This document shows positions 18,356 through 27,756 of a stretch of 64,000 bases of DNA, one piece after another. This stretch comes from Chloroflexota bacterium (GTDB taxonomy: Bacteria; Chloroflexota; UBA11872; VXOZ01). Each line of letters starts with the position of its first letter. Position 1 is the stretch's first letter. The stretch covers positions 32,001-96,000 of the forward strand of contig CAXXVD010000004.1 of NCBI GenBank assembly GCA_963662335.2. The letters are read 5' to 3'. A program made the position numbers and the translations under genes. The notes under the pieces were generated by a model. It had not been told where the DNA came from. It was given only the letters and a program-made list of their open reading frames with translations, and ran no database searches.

Positions 18356-19141
18356 CTAGACGCCGCCGGGGACGTCATTACCGCTAATGCGCAGGTAGTC
18401 CGGTTTGGGCGGCGCGCCCGTGTACTGGAACTCCGCGGCCATGTAGCTCATCGTAATCGCCCGCCGTGACTGCGCGGAAAGGTTGGGCGCGGTACCGTGG
18501 AGCAGCAGGCTGTGGAAGAAGAGGCCGTCGCCCGCCGCCATCGGCACGGTGATCACGTCTGCGGTGTCGTAATTTGACTCATTGATGATGTAGTCGTCAG
18601 GCACGCGCTCGTGGGGCACGGGGCCGCGCTTGTGGCTGCCGGGAATGACCGTCATGCAGCCGTTCTCCGCCGTCGCCGGCTCGAACGGCATCCAGCACGA
18701 ACTCAACTCCATCGGCTCGATCGGCCAGTAGGGAGAATCCTGGTGCATCCCCTTGGCCGACCCCACCTGCGCCGGTTTCATGAGCACGGCGTCGCGAAAG
18801 AGCTTCAGGTTCTCGCTGCCGATGAGGGCCTGCATGCGCTCCACGACTGCGGGCTTCATGCCCAATGCGCGAAACACGTCGTCATGCAGCACGAGCTGAT
18901 CCATCTTCCGGTAGGCGTCGCCGCGCCGCTCGGGCCACGGCATCTCGCCGCGCTCCACGCGCGGCTCAACCTGAATCCTGATGCCCTCCGGTATGGGTAG
19001 ACGGTCGTACATTAACGCTTCCAACCGCTCCTTCAGGACGGCAATCTCAGCCGCCGACACCAAGCCCTCGATGAGGAGATAGCCGTTCTCCGCGTAGAAG
19101 GCCTGCTCCTCCTCCGTCACGATCGTCGTTGCCTGCGCCAT
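18356..19141 (-). CDS. Phytanoyl-CoA dioxygenase (PhyH) family Fe(II)/2OG oxygenase
   Basis: FYAENGYL, HQD, ENGCMTVIPGSH and FFHSLLLHGT..N.S...RR motifs; ATG 19141 after an AGGAGG RBS. Confidence 0.92.
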   Translation of the reverse strand: MAQATTIVTEEEQAFYAENGYLLIEGLVSAAEIAVLKERLEALMYDRLPIPEGIRIQVEPRVERGEMPWPERRGDAYRKMDQLVLHDDVFRALGMKPAVVERMQALIGSENLKLFRDAVLMKPAQVGSAKGMHQDSPYWPIEPMELSSCWMPFEPATAENGCMTVIPGSHKRGPVPHERVPDDYIINESNYDTADVITVPMAAGDGLFFHSLLLHGTAPNLSAQSRRAITMSYMAAEFQYTGAPPKPDYLRISGNDVPGGV

Positions 19142-19373
19142 CTTCCTACCTCCTCGCTGCAATTGCGATTGCGCACTCTTTTCTGGCAGCCATTGGCTGC
19201 GGTGTATCCGAAGTCGGGCCGCGTTCGCGCCCATCCGCCGCTGCCTGCCGTGTATTATCGCCTAATGGTGCGACTTTGGGAAAGTGAGTTGCGTGTCGAA
19301 ATCGACTTTCCCGGTGAGCCTGTCGAACCATGAGCGGCAACCTGCAACGGCAAAGCACATCTCACACCCCACT

Positions 19374-20342
19374 TCAGAAGAGCGCCGCTTGCCGAGCCGC
19401 CAGCGGCCAGGCCGCAATGCCGCTGTCCCGCAAGTGCGCGGCAAAGTGCTGCGGGCCGAACATGGTAAACACCCGCTCCGGCTGCGCCTGCTCCACGTAG
19501 GCGTTCAGTTGCCGCCAGTCGCAGTGGTCGCTCAAGGGGAGCGCCGCATCGACGCGCATCTGATATTTGCAGGAAGGATCGATAGCCCAACCGCTGAGCA
19601 AGAGGGTGCGGTACGGCATGAGGACGAGCGTTTCGCGTCGATTCCGTAGGTGAGGCGGCATCAGCACCACCGTCCCTTCCTCGCGCCGGCCGCGCCAACG
19701 CGTGAAACGGCCGGGAAAGCGCGCGCCCATCCGCTGGTAGACCGCCGTCATCGCATACGTGGATTCGTGCACCTGCACCGTGAAGCCCGCCTCCAGCAAG
19801 ATGTGGAGCGCCTCTTGTCCTTTGCCCAAGCTGTACGCCAGCACAACGGGCACATCTCCATTGCGCAGGGTTTCTCTTACCCACTCACACACTTCCTCTA
19901 TGACGATCTCGCGGGGCGGAAACACGTACGCCGGGTGCCCAAAGGTAGCGTCGAGGATCAGCGTGTCGCAGGGAATAGGCTCTGCCGGTTGCCCAAAGCG
20001 ATCTTCCCCCAGGTGCAGGTCGCCGGTGTACACGATGCGCTCGCCGGTAGCGTGAACGTCAATCGCCACTTGCGCGGAACCCAAACAATGGCCGGCGGGA
20101 AAGAGAGTCAGCGTATAGTCTGCGCGCTCCAGCGGCTCGCCGTAGGCCAGCGGCATCGCCTGCTTGAGCTTCATGCGCTGCGCGGCCAGGGCAATCGTTT
20201 CGGCGGTAGCGAGCACGTGGTGATGTGGGGCGAGGTGGTCGCTGTGGGCGTGGGAGATGTACCCTTCCGGTTTCACCCGGCGCGAATCGAGCCAGAGTTC
20301 CAAGCTGGGAAGAAAGATGCCGGGTTCGATCAGAGTCTGCAT
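19374..20342 (-). CDS. Metallo-beta-lactamase/beta-CASP nuclease (ligase-associated exonuclease-like)
   Basis: SHAHSDH, AGHCLGS, YTGD, DATFG, YSLGKGQE and LSDHCD motifs. Confidence 0.85.
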   Translation of the reverse strand: MQTLIEPGIFLPSLELWLDSRRVKPEGYISHAHSDHLAPHHHVLATAETIALAAQRMKLKQAMPLAYGEPLERADYTLTLFPAGHCLGSAQVAIDVHATGERIVYTGDLHLGEDRFGQPAEPIPCDTLILDATFGHPAYVFPPREIVIEEVCEWVRETLRNGDVPVVLAYSLGKGQEALHILLEAGFTVQVHESTYAMTAVYQRMGARFPGRFTRWRGRREEGTVVLMPPHLRNRRETLVLMPYRTLLLSGWAIDPSCKYQMRVDAALPLSDHCDWRQLNAYVEQAQPERVFTMFGPQHFAAHLRDSGIAAWPLAARQAALF

Positions 20343-20357
20343 GTAGGGTCTTTCAGT

Positions 20358-20469
20358 TAAGGGAGTAGCCGGTTAAGGGAGTAGCCGGCTAAGGGAGTAG
20401 CCGGCTAAGGGAGTAGCCGGTTAAGGGAGTAGCCGGCTAAGGGAGTAGCCGGCTAAGGGAGTAGCCGGC
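20358..20469. repeat. Tandem repeat, 7 x 16 bp TAAGGGAGTAGCCGGY
   Basis: Seven contiguous copies with no spacers; last base pattern T,C,C,T,C,C,C. Confidence 0.97.
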
Positions 20470-20559
20470 AGAGGAAAGCGTGCGGGAAACCTGCCTCAGC
20501 GTAGCACGCGCCGATTGCGTCTTCAAATTGCGCCTGTCAGTGCGACGCGCGCCAAGAGA

Positions 20560-21954
20560 TCAGACACCTGGCAGAATCGAGCCAACGAGTTCCAGCGCCC
20601 GGTTGACGAAGAGGCCCTGGGTGCCCGCGGCGTAGTGCGCGGGCGCGAGTTCGTCGTCCTGGTAGGAGCCGAGCTCATAGCCGCCGCGCGGAATCTCCCG
20701 GTCCGACGGCACGTAGCCGATCATGTCGTTCGCCATGCTCACGTGCACCACGTCTAAGCCGAACTGCTCCTTGACGCGCGTGCGGGTCTCCATGCCGTAT
20801 TCCAGGAAGAACTCGCCGGGAAAACCGACGAACACCAGATGTCCGACGCGAATGACCTGCAATTCGGTTTCCAGACCGTCCGCCAACGTGCCGGCCTCGA
20901 TTTGGCGCAGGATGCGCTGCGCCCAGCGGGCCTTGCAGAAGGGCAAGCGCCGGCCAGTGCCGGGAAACGCGCCGGTTTCAAGCGCCTGGCGCAGATAGGC
21001 GGCCGTCGGCGGTTCGGCAAACGGCGCGACGATGGGCGTGCTTGCCGCCGCGACACTGCCCAGAGTGCGGGCGCAAATCCCCTCCCGCACGTTCACCACT
21101 TCCGCGCCCATGATGCGGCCTTCTCTTTCAAGTTCGGGAAACGTGGCCGAGCGAAAGCCGCCGCTCTCGTTCGTGTAGTTGGGACGAATGTCGCCGTGGC
21201 AGCCCAGCAGAAAGCCCACCACGCAGTCGTCACCGTAAACATCCTCCACAAACGACCGCGCCGGGCCGATGTAGTCGGCGCTGATGGCGTAGTTGTCGCT
21301 CATACTGGTGGGATGGCAGGCATAGTTGAAGATGACGCCGGCGGGCTCGCCGCGCTCATCGTCGAAGCGCAGCACGGGCAGAGAGTGATCTACCAGGCCG
21401 TCCGGCCGCGGACAATTGACCACCTCGCCATTGCGCTCGCCGCGCCGGTTTATGGCCAGGCCATATCGGCCCGCGCCAATCCCGCCCACGACGGTCTGCA
21501 TCCCCTGCATCGCCATCGCCACCGCGCCCGCCAGCTTGTTTTCCAATTCTTCCAGGTAGTCATGGTCCAAGATTGGCAGCGCGTAGGTCAACTCTTCAGT
21601 GGGAATGCCGCCGGGATAGGGTATGCCCGCGCCAGGCAGACCGGCGCCCCAGTCTTTCGTGTTGGGGCCGCTGTGGGCGTGGGTCATGCCCAGCATGACG
21701 TGGGAGCCCGGTATGCCGGTCAACGCGGCAATCTTCTGGCGCACGGCGCGCGTGCGTTCCAGGGAGATGTCAACGAGATCGGCGCCCACCACGGCTACGG
21801 TCGTGTCTTCATCGGCAAACACGTACGCCGCGGCGTAGAGTTCGTCATGGATTTCGTCTGAAGGCCGGGTGCGATTGCCGTAGCCGCCGAGATGCGTGCC
21901 CACCGGCGGGGTTATGTTGACCTTAGCCGCCCCCATGCGGACGCTCGCTGACAT
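20560..21954 (-). CDS. Neutral/alkaline ceramidase-like metallohydrolase
   Basis: NITPP, THAHSGP, INRR, YACHPT, ISADY, GDIRP, PGEFF and GGYE motifs. Confidence 0.8.
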   Translation of the reverse strand: MSASVRMGAAKVNITPPVGTHLGGYGNRTRPSDEIHDELYAAAYVFADEDTTVAVVGADLVDISLERTRAVRQKIAALTGIPGSHVMLGMTHAHSGPNTKDWGAGLPGAGIPYPGGIPTEELTYALPILDHDYLEELENKLAGAVAMAMQGMQTVVGGIGAGRYGLAINRRGERNGEVVNCPRPDGLVDHSLPVLRFDDERGEPAGVIFNYACHPTSMSDNYAISADYIGPARSFVEDVYGDDCVVGFLLGCHGDIRPNYTNESGGFRSATFPELEREGRIMGAEVVNVREGICARTLGSVAAASTPIVAPFAEPPTAAYLRQALETGAFPGTGRRLPFCKARWAQRILRQIEAGTLADGLETELQVIRVGHLVFVGFPGEFFLEYGMETRTRVKEQFGLDVVHVSMANDMIGYVPSDREIPRGGYELGSYQDDELAPAHYAAGTQGLFVNRALELVGSILPGV

Positions 21955-21979
21955 GGTTCGCCTTCCCTTTCACTAAGCC

Positions 21980-23389
21980 TCACGCAAGGGTGACTGCGCG
22001 GATTTCATCCTGTGATTCATGCATGCGGCGCGCGAGCGCCACAACGCGCCGCACCACGAATGCTTCGGTCTCCGGTTGAAACGGCGCCGGATACCAGAAC
22101 CAGCGGTAGAAATCCGCCGGTTCGGAACCGCCTTCCGGATAGGCGCTGGCCGTGCAGACGTAGCCCACTTCCGAGTTGCTGTAGCCGAGGGTGAGGGCCA
22201 TCTGCGCCTGGTGGCTATCCTGAAGGGCGCGCTCGATCGCCAGGCCGATTTCCAGGAAGACCTCGCCGCCCATGGCCACGATCCAGACACTGCCAAGGCG
22301 CACGATCTGTACCTCCATGTCCACGGCGCCGGGCAACTCCTCACCGTTTTCCAGTTTCTCAATGAGGCGGTCGGCCCAGGGATGATAGCGCGTGCGGCGA
22401 GAGTCCGCGCGATAGGCGCGCAGTTCTTCAAGAGTGGGCGGCTCTTGGAACGGAAGCGGAAGCTGTTCCCTGGCAACCGCGATGGGATAGCCCACCGCCA
22501 TGTGGCTTTCCCGCGCCGCGCGGACGGCAACCGCGCCGGCGCCGCGGCCGAGGGCCTGTATCTCCGCCGCCGTGCAGGGGTGGAAACGCTCGCCGTCGGG
22601 CGTGAGCACCCGCGGGCGGATGTTGCCGCCGCAGCCGGCGAGAAAGACTGCGATCGGCGCTCCCTCATCGGCAAACGACCGCTCGACTTCATCCTTTGCC
22701 GGAGAAATGTAATCGCCGCCAATCAGGGGTATGCCGCGATAGTGAAAGCCGGTGCCGTGACAGGCGGCAGAGAAGATGACGGCGAGTGCCGAGCCATCCA
22801 GGCGATCCACGCGCAAGACCCGCGCCCGGTTATCCACCGGCGCGTCGTAGTTGGGCAACATGCTGGAAACGCCGTCCACCACCTTGCGGCGATTGATGGC
22901 GAACTCACCCTCGGCTTCGCCGATCGCCAGCGAGGCCGGCTCCAAGTTCGCGTTCGCCCGCGCCACCGTATCGGCAATTTGCCCGATTAGCCACTCCCGG
23001 TACTCCAGGTCAACTTCGTACGGCGAAACCAGGGAAATGTTAGGGCCGGAGTGCGTGTGGGAAGCATTGAGCAGCACATGATCGCCCGGAATATCGGTCT
23101 GCGCGGCCACGCGCGCGCGTATAGCCGCGGCCAGTGAGGCTTCCATGTAGATGACGTCGTTGCCGACCAGGGCGACTTTCGTCGCGTCGTCGTCGAAGAC
23201 CACTGCCGTGCTGTAGAGTTCGTCCAGCACGCCGGTGGCCGTGAGCGTCATGCCGCTCTGGAGCACGCTGCCGATTGGCGGCGTAATCTGCGTCTTGGCC
23301 GCGCCGGCCCACAGCGGAGGCCGCGCCGGCAGTTTCTCGTCTGCCCGGTTGATCCAGTCTTGCAATTGCCGCTCCCTTTCCGCTTCCAT
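21980..23389 (-). CDS. Neutral/alkaline ceramidase-like metallohydrolase (tandem paralogue)
   Basis: QITPP, SHTHSGP, INRR, ACHGT, GNIRP and GEVF motifs. Confidence 0.8.
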   Translation of the reverse strand: MEAERERQLQDWINRADEKLPARPPLWAGAAKTQITPPIGSVLQSGMTLTATGVLDELYSTAVVFDDDATKVALVGNDVIYMEASLAAAIRARVAAQTDIPGDHVLLNASHTHSGPNISLVSPYEVDLEYREWLIGQIADTVARANANLEPASLAIGEAEGEFAINRRKVVDGVSSMLPNYDAPVDNRARVLRVDRLDGSALAVIFSAACHGTGFHYRGIPLIGGDYISPAKDEVERSFADEGAPIAVFLAGCGGNIRPRVLTPDGERFHPCTAAEIQALGRGAGAVAVRAARESHMAVGYPIAVAREQLPLPFQEPPTLEELRAYRADSRRTRYHPWADRLIEKLENGEELPGAVDMEVQIVRLGSVWIVAMGGEVFLEIGLAIERALQDSHQAQMALTLGYSNSEVGYVCTASAYPEGGSEPADFYRWFWYPAPFQPETEAFVVRRVVALARRMHESQDEIRAVTLA

Positions 23390-23449
23390 TCGCTATCATG
23401 ATGCAGCGGGGGCAATCACGCAAGTCATGCATGTTGAGAAAGGTGAAAG

Positions 23450-24235
23450 ATGCGCGCGACGGACGTTCTCCAGGTCATCATCGACACGTGCGGCACGCTG
23501 GGAGGCGACGAGGGGATACTCTTTGGCGACCGCGAGCAAGAGGTCACCGGCGTGCAGGTGTGCTGGATGGCGAGCCTGGACGCCATCGCGCGCGCGGCTG
23601 AGGCCAACGCCAACCTGATCATCGCCCACGAGGATCTCTATTTCCCCTCGTGGCGGCCGCAAAACAGCGGCGCGCCGGTGGACTATCTGAGTTGGCGCGT
23701 CAACCAGCGGCGCATGCAACTGCTCGCGCGTTATGGGATTGCGGTCATGCGGGTGCACGGGACACTGGATCGCCACTGCATCTTTACGGCGTTTGCCGCC
23801 AAACTGGGGCTGGGCGCGCCGGTGGTTGACGAGGGCGCGTACCTCAAGGCGTACGACCTGCCGGCGGATACCACGTATGGCGGGCTGGTGGAGCGGGTCA
23901 AGTCTGCGCTGGGGATGACGGCCGTGCGCGCGACGCCGCACGATCCGGCGGCGCCGGTGCGGCGCGCCGGGCTGCCCTGGGGCGGCTTGGGCCTCTTCGT
24001 AAACGTAGGCTACATGCAGTCAATTCTCAAGTACGACTGCGACGTGTTCATTGCCGGTGAGAGCGACAACTACGGCATGCACTTCGCCATGGAGTCCGGT
24101 GTGCCCATGATCGAAACGAGCCACGAGGTGAGCGAGAACCCGGGACTGGCCCAGTACGCCCAAGAACTTCAGGCGGCGCTGCTCACTGTGCCCGTGCGCT
24201 ACTACGAAAACCCCATGCCGTGGCGGTGGTGGTAG
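23450..24235 (+). CDS. Nif3-like dinuclear metal centre protein
   Basis: LIIAHE, HGTLD, FIAGE and SHEVSE motifs. Confidence 0.8.
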   Translation: MRATDVLQVIIDTCGTLGGDEGILFGDREQEVTGVQVCWMASLDAIARAAEANANLIIAHEDLYFPSWRPQNSGAPVDYLSWRVNQRRMQLLARYGIAVMRVHGTLDRHCIFTAFAAKLGLGAPVVDEGAYLKAYDLPADTTYGGLVERVKSALGMTAVRATPHDPAAPVRRAGLPWGGLGLFVNVGYMQSILKYDCDVFIAGESDNYGMHFAMESGVPMIETSHEVSENPGLAQYAQELQAALLTVPVRYYENPMPWRWW

Positions 24236-24310
24236 CGCGGAGCGTATCGCCAACGCCTGCTCGCATAGAGCGCGCGTGGCTAAGTCGGCTTCGTCGAATA
24301 TAGCCGACTT

Positions 24311-24790
24311 CTACTCAGCAGCGCCCTCTACCCAATTGCGCGCGAAATTCGACAGTATCTTCTCGGAAACCGCGATGAACACCGCCCGCTCTTCCGACGT
24401 GATGCCCTCCGCCAGCATGGCATTGTGCTCCTGGACCCGTTCGATCAGCTCCGGTACCAGACGGAGCCCGTCTTCAGTCAGTCCGAGATGCACCACCCGC
24501 CGGTCGTCCTTCAGGCTCTTTCTGGTCAACAGGCCCTGTTCGTAGAGCTTGTTGACAACGCGGCTGATGCGGCCGGCGTCAACCGGCATTACCCGCGCCA
24601 TACGGGAGATCGTAGTCGTGCCGGTGCGATAGCAAATGCCGAGAATTGTAAACTCTATTGGCGTAAGCTCGAAGGGCGAAAGCTGCAATGCTGTGCCCTT
24701 CATCACTGCGTTGGCCAGGCGGACCACGTTGCCTCCCAGATAGTCGGGGGTCGGCCCCCACACTTCTTCCTCTAACTGCGTTTCGCCCAT
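24311..24790 (-). CDS. MarR family transcriptional regulator
   Basis: LTPIEFTIL, ISRVVNKL and DDRRVVHLGLTEDG winged-helix motifs. Confidence 0.92.
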   Translation of the reverse strand: MGETQLEEEVWGPTPDYLGGNVVRLANAVMKGTALQLSPFELTPIEFTILGICYRTGTTTISRMARVMPVDAGRISRVVNKLYEQGLLTRKSLKDDRRVVHLGLTEDGLRLVPELIERVQEHNAMLAEGITSEERAVFIAVSEKILSNFARNWVEGAAE

Positions 24791-25321
24791 AACGTCACCG
24801 TTCCCTTTCAACGTTGCCGCAGACTATCGCCCGCCCTGCGATACTTGTGCATACAATAGACTATGTATAGATAATAGCTATGCGTTAACCAATAGTCAAG
24901 TTAGATAAAGCAACTACACAGAGCAATTGCAATTCGTGACGTGTTTTGAGATGCTGTTTACGTACGTTTATGAGAATTCTCCTCACTTCAATATGCTCAG
25001 GCGCGACCGTCGGATGCGGCGGCCAAGGTCGGCAAACGCACGCGCGAAGGCAGATAGGACTGGACGCAACCGTGCGAAAGTCGCAGCGAGCGGAGGAACG
25101 CGATGGCTGGCGGCGTGGCGGCGTCGGTTCGGCGCTCGCTGCCACGCCGCGGCGCAGGGCTTCCTTCTAATGCCGCCGCGTCAATGCGGCGCGGCGTGTG
25201 GCGGGGATAGACAATGGGTCTCACTTTGGCGTCGGCGGCGCGAATTACCCAGAAAAACGACGCCCGTTTCGTGAAAAGACAGGGGAGAAGCGAGAACCGG
25301 TCCGAACGGAGGAGCACAGCC

Positions 25322-26068
25322 ATGGCTGCGACGAAGGCGCCGACCGGGGAAGGTGGGGCGGACAGCGCCCGCCGGCAGCGTCCGGTTGTCCTGTTGGACG
25401 CCTACGGCACGTTGTTCGCGCCCATTTCCTTCGGCTCACCGGCGGCGCACCTCTGCCAACTCTTAGCCGCCGACAGCGTGCGCGTCTCCCCACAGAGCGC
25501 GGAGAAGGCGCTCTTTGCGGAGATTGCCGTATACCGCGAGCGGTTTCCTTTCATTCGCAATGAACGGGAACTGCGGCAACTGGAGTATGACGTCAGCGAT
25601 CTCGTGCTGGCGGAGTTGGCGCTCACGCAGTTCCCGCGCGAACGCATGCGCCAACACCTGCTCGCCCTGTTTCCCTTTGTGGTCTTTCCCGACGTGGAAC
25701 CGGCGCTCGCTGAACTGCACGCGCGCGGGCTGACGCTCGGCGTGGTCAGCAACTTCAACGCGATGCTCGACGACTACTTGGAGCAACTAAATCTGAGGGA
25801 CTGGTTCAGCGTGGTCGTCTCTTCAGCCGACGTGGGGGTGACGAAACCGGATCCCGCCATCTTCCGCGTGGCGCTGGATCGTCTCGGGGTGCAGCCTGAA
25901 CAGGCCCTATACGTCGGTGACGACGTGCGCAACGACTACCACGGCGCGCGGCAGGCGGGCCTCCACGCGGTCTTGCTCAACCGCGATGATGAGCCGCTGC
26001 CGGAAGGAGTGCGCGCGGTAGCCGCCCTAACCGACCTGCCGGGGCTGTTGGATGAGGATTTCCCATGA
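25322..26068 (+). CDS. HAD-superfamily hydrolase (class IA)
   Basis: DAYGTL, VVSN, KPDPAIF and YVGDDVRND motifs; GGAGGAG RBS before ATG 25322. Confidence 0.9.
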   Translation: MAATKAPTGEGGADSARRQRPVVLLDAYGTLFAPISFGSPAAHLCQLLAADSVRVSPQSAEKALFAEIAVYRERFPFIRNERELRQLEYDVSDLVLAELALTQFPRERMRQHLLALFPFVVFPDVEPALAELHARGLTLGVVSNFNAMLDDYLEQLNLRDWFSVVVSSADVGVTKPDPAIFRVALDRLGVQPEQALYVGDDVRNDYHGARQAGLHAVLLNRDDEPLPEGVRAVAALTDLPGLLDEDFP

Positions 26069-26090
26069 GCGCCGCCGCCGAGACTTCCAG

Positions 26091-26924
26091 CTATCTCTCT
26101 TTGGGAGCGGCGCCGCCCGCTACTTCGCTGGGAAGTTCGCCGCCCGCGTTCACGCCCAAGCTACGGCGGGCGGTTTCGAGACGGAGCAGGCTATCCGGTT
26201 GCACGTTGCCGATATTGACGTTCGGGCCGAACGTGTCCATCAGCCAGCGGGCGAGGGTATCCGGTTCGGAGTATCCCGTTCCTTCGATCCACGGCCCGGT
26301 AAGCTCGAACATAAGTTTTTCGAGAGGCGCGGCCTCCGTGAGTTGCGTAATCGCATTCCTGTCGCGCCCATGTGCAAAGATCTCCGCCGCTTCGATGAGC
26401 ACCTTGCTACTGCCGGCCGCCAAGCAGGCGCGAATGTCGTCTTCCAGGCTGACGGTGACGTCCAGCCCCTCTTTCTTTCCCACTTCGCCAAAGACCTCCA
26501 GGCCGTACGTCTCTCGCGCCTTCACGATAAGCGCCTGCTTCTCGTCCAGCGTCAGCGAGAGGAGATTGTCGGAGACCTCAATCGCCGGGAACGCAAGCGC
26601 CCGCGCTTCCACCAGAAAGGCGTCCACTTTGTCGCAGAGCACCGCGTACTCGAGAAACTGACCGCCGGGATAGGGCAGTACCTCGTGTTGCTTGTAGAGG
26701 CCGATCTTGCGCTTCACCAACTCACGCGGCAGGAGCCGGGCGACGCCGACGGCAAGTTTGGCGGAGTCGATGTATGCGCCCGCAAGCTGCAGGATATCCT
26801 CCTGCTGGCGCAGGCCCAGCCCAAAGTCGATCATCATCGTCTGGCCGGCCGCGCGGGGCTTGCCGGGCCGCTCCAGCATGGGGATCACCGCAAAGGCGTA
26901 GTCGGTCATGCGCTGCTCGCTCAC
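26091..26924 (-). CDS. comA: Phosphosulfolactate synthase family protein
   Basis: KPR..GQTMMIDFG, YPGGQFLE, IEVSD, EVGKK, VLIEA, FGPNVNIGNV and LETARRSL motifs; GTG start overlaps the upstream TGA. Confidence 0.85.
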   Translation of the reverse strand: MSEQRMTDYAFAVIPMLERPGKPRAAGQTMMIDFGLGLRQQEDILQLAGAYIDSAKLAVGVARLLPRELVKRKIGLYKQHEVLPYPGGQFLEYAVLCDKVDAFLVEARALAFPAIEVSDNLLSLTLDEKQALIVKARETYGLEVFGEVGKKEGLDVTVSLEDDIRACLAAGSSKVLIEAAEIFAHGRDRNAITQLTEAAPLEKLMFELTGPWIEGTGYSEPDTLARWLMDTFGPNVNIGNVQPDSLLRLETARRSLGVNAGGELPSEVAGGAAPKER

Positions 26925-27742
26925 TCTAATCCAAGAATGCGCGCCATGTTGCCGTAGAACACCCGGTCTTTGTCCAGCGAATCGGCGCCGAGTCTATCAA
27001 GGAAGCCGTCGTAGGCGGTCACCACGTCGGATATCTCCGGCGGCGTGACGTCGGAACCGAACACCAGTTTATGGGTGATACCAGCCCCTGCCACCGCGTT
27101 GTACATCATGTCGTGCACGATCTGCCGGTTGCCGTAGCGAATCGTGATCGGGCCGCTCAGGTCCCAGTAGACGTTCTCGTTCCAACGCGCCACCCACGCG
27201 GCCTCGGCGAAGGAGGGAGAGCCGAGATGCGCGCCGATGAGCGTGAGCTTGGGAAAGGCGCGCGCAATCGGGTCCAGCAGCCAGGGCATCATGCGCGCCG
27301 TGCTCACGTCCTCGGCGCGTGACCCCGTGCCCGGCGCGCGAAAGAGTTGCCCGGTGTGGAAGAGCATGGGCATGTGCCGCGCTTCGGCCCTCTCATAGAC
27401 CGGATAGAACGCCTTGCTGTCGTAGTTGTCGGTGGGGCTGATCGTCTTCAGGCCGCGAAAGCCCATGTCGCTCAATTCGTCCACTACCGCTGCGTCATCG
27501 ACGCCAAGCCGCACGTAGCCGAAGCCAACGATGAAGTCGGGATGATTCGCAATCAACCGCGCCACGGCGTCGTGCACGGGCGGATTGCCCGTGGAGAGCA
27601 TGCACAGCCGCCGGCAGCCGAGCGCGCGCTCCATGGCCAGCAGTTCTTCTAGCTGGCGTTCCACCGGAATCTGCGAGCCGGTGGGGTCGAACGCCGCCTG
27701 CGGGTAGTGCACGTGCGCGTCGATGAAACGCCGGTACGCCAT
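26921..27742 (-). CDS. Amidohydrolase 2 family protein
   Basis: IDAHVH, GFRGLK, MLFHTG, IGAHLG, YWDLS and VFGSD motifs. Confidence 0.88.
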   Translation of the reverse strand: MAYRRFIDAHVHYPQAAFDPTGSQIPVERQLEELLAMERALGCRRLCMLSTGNPPVHDAVARLIANHPDFIVGFGYVRLGVDDAAVVDELSDMGFRGLKTISPTDNYDSKAFYPVYERAEARHMPMLFHTGQLFRAPGTGSRAEDVSTARMMPWLLDPIARAFPKLTLIGAHLGSPSFAEAAWVARWNENVYWDLSGPITIRYGNRQIVHDMMYNAVAGAGITHKLVFGSDVTPPEISDVVTAYDGFLDRLGADSLDKDRVFYGNMARILGLE

Positions 27743-27756
27743 GGCAAGCGCCCTCG

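Noticed and set aside
20358-20469. CRISPR array
   Set aside because: The units are contiguous 16-mers with no unique spacers, and there are no cas genes.
25031-25090. c-di-GMP-I riboswitch (GGCAAAC...GGACGCAA)
   Set aside because: There is no GNRA-capped P2 stem between the motifs and no matching P3.
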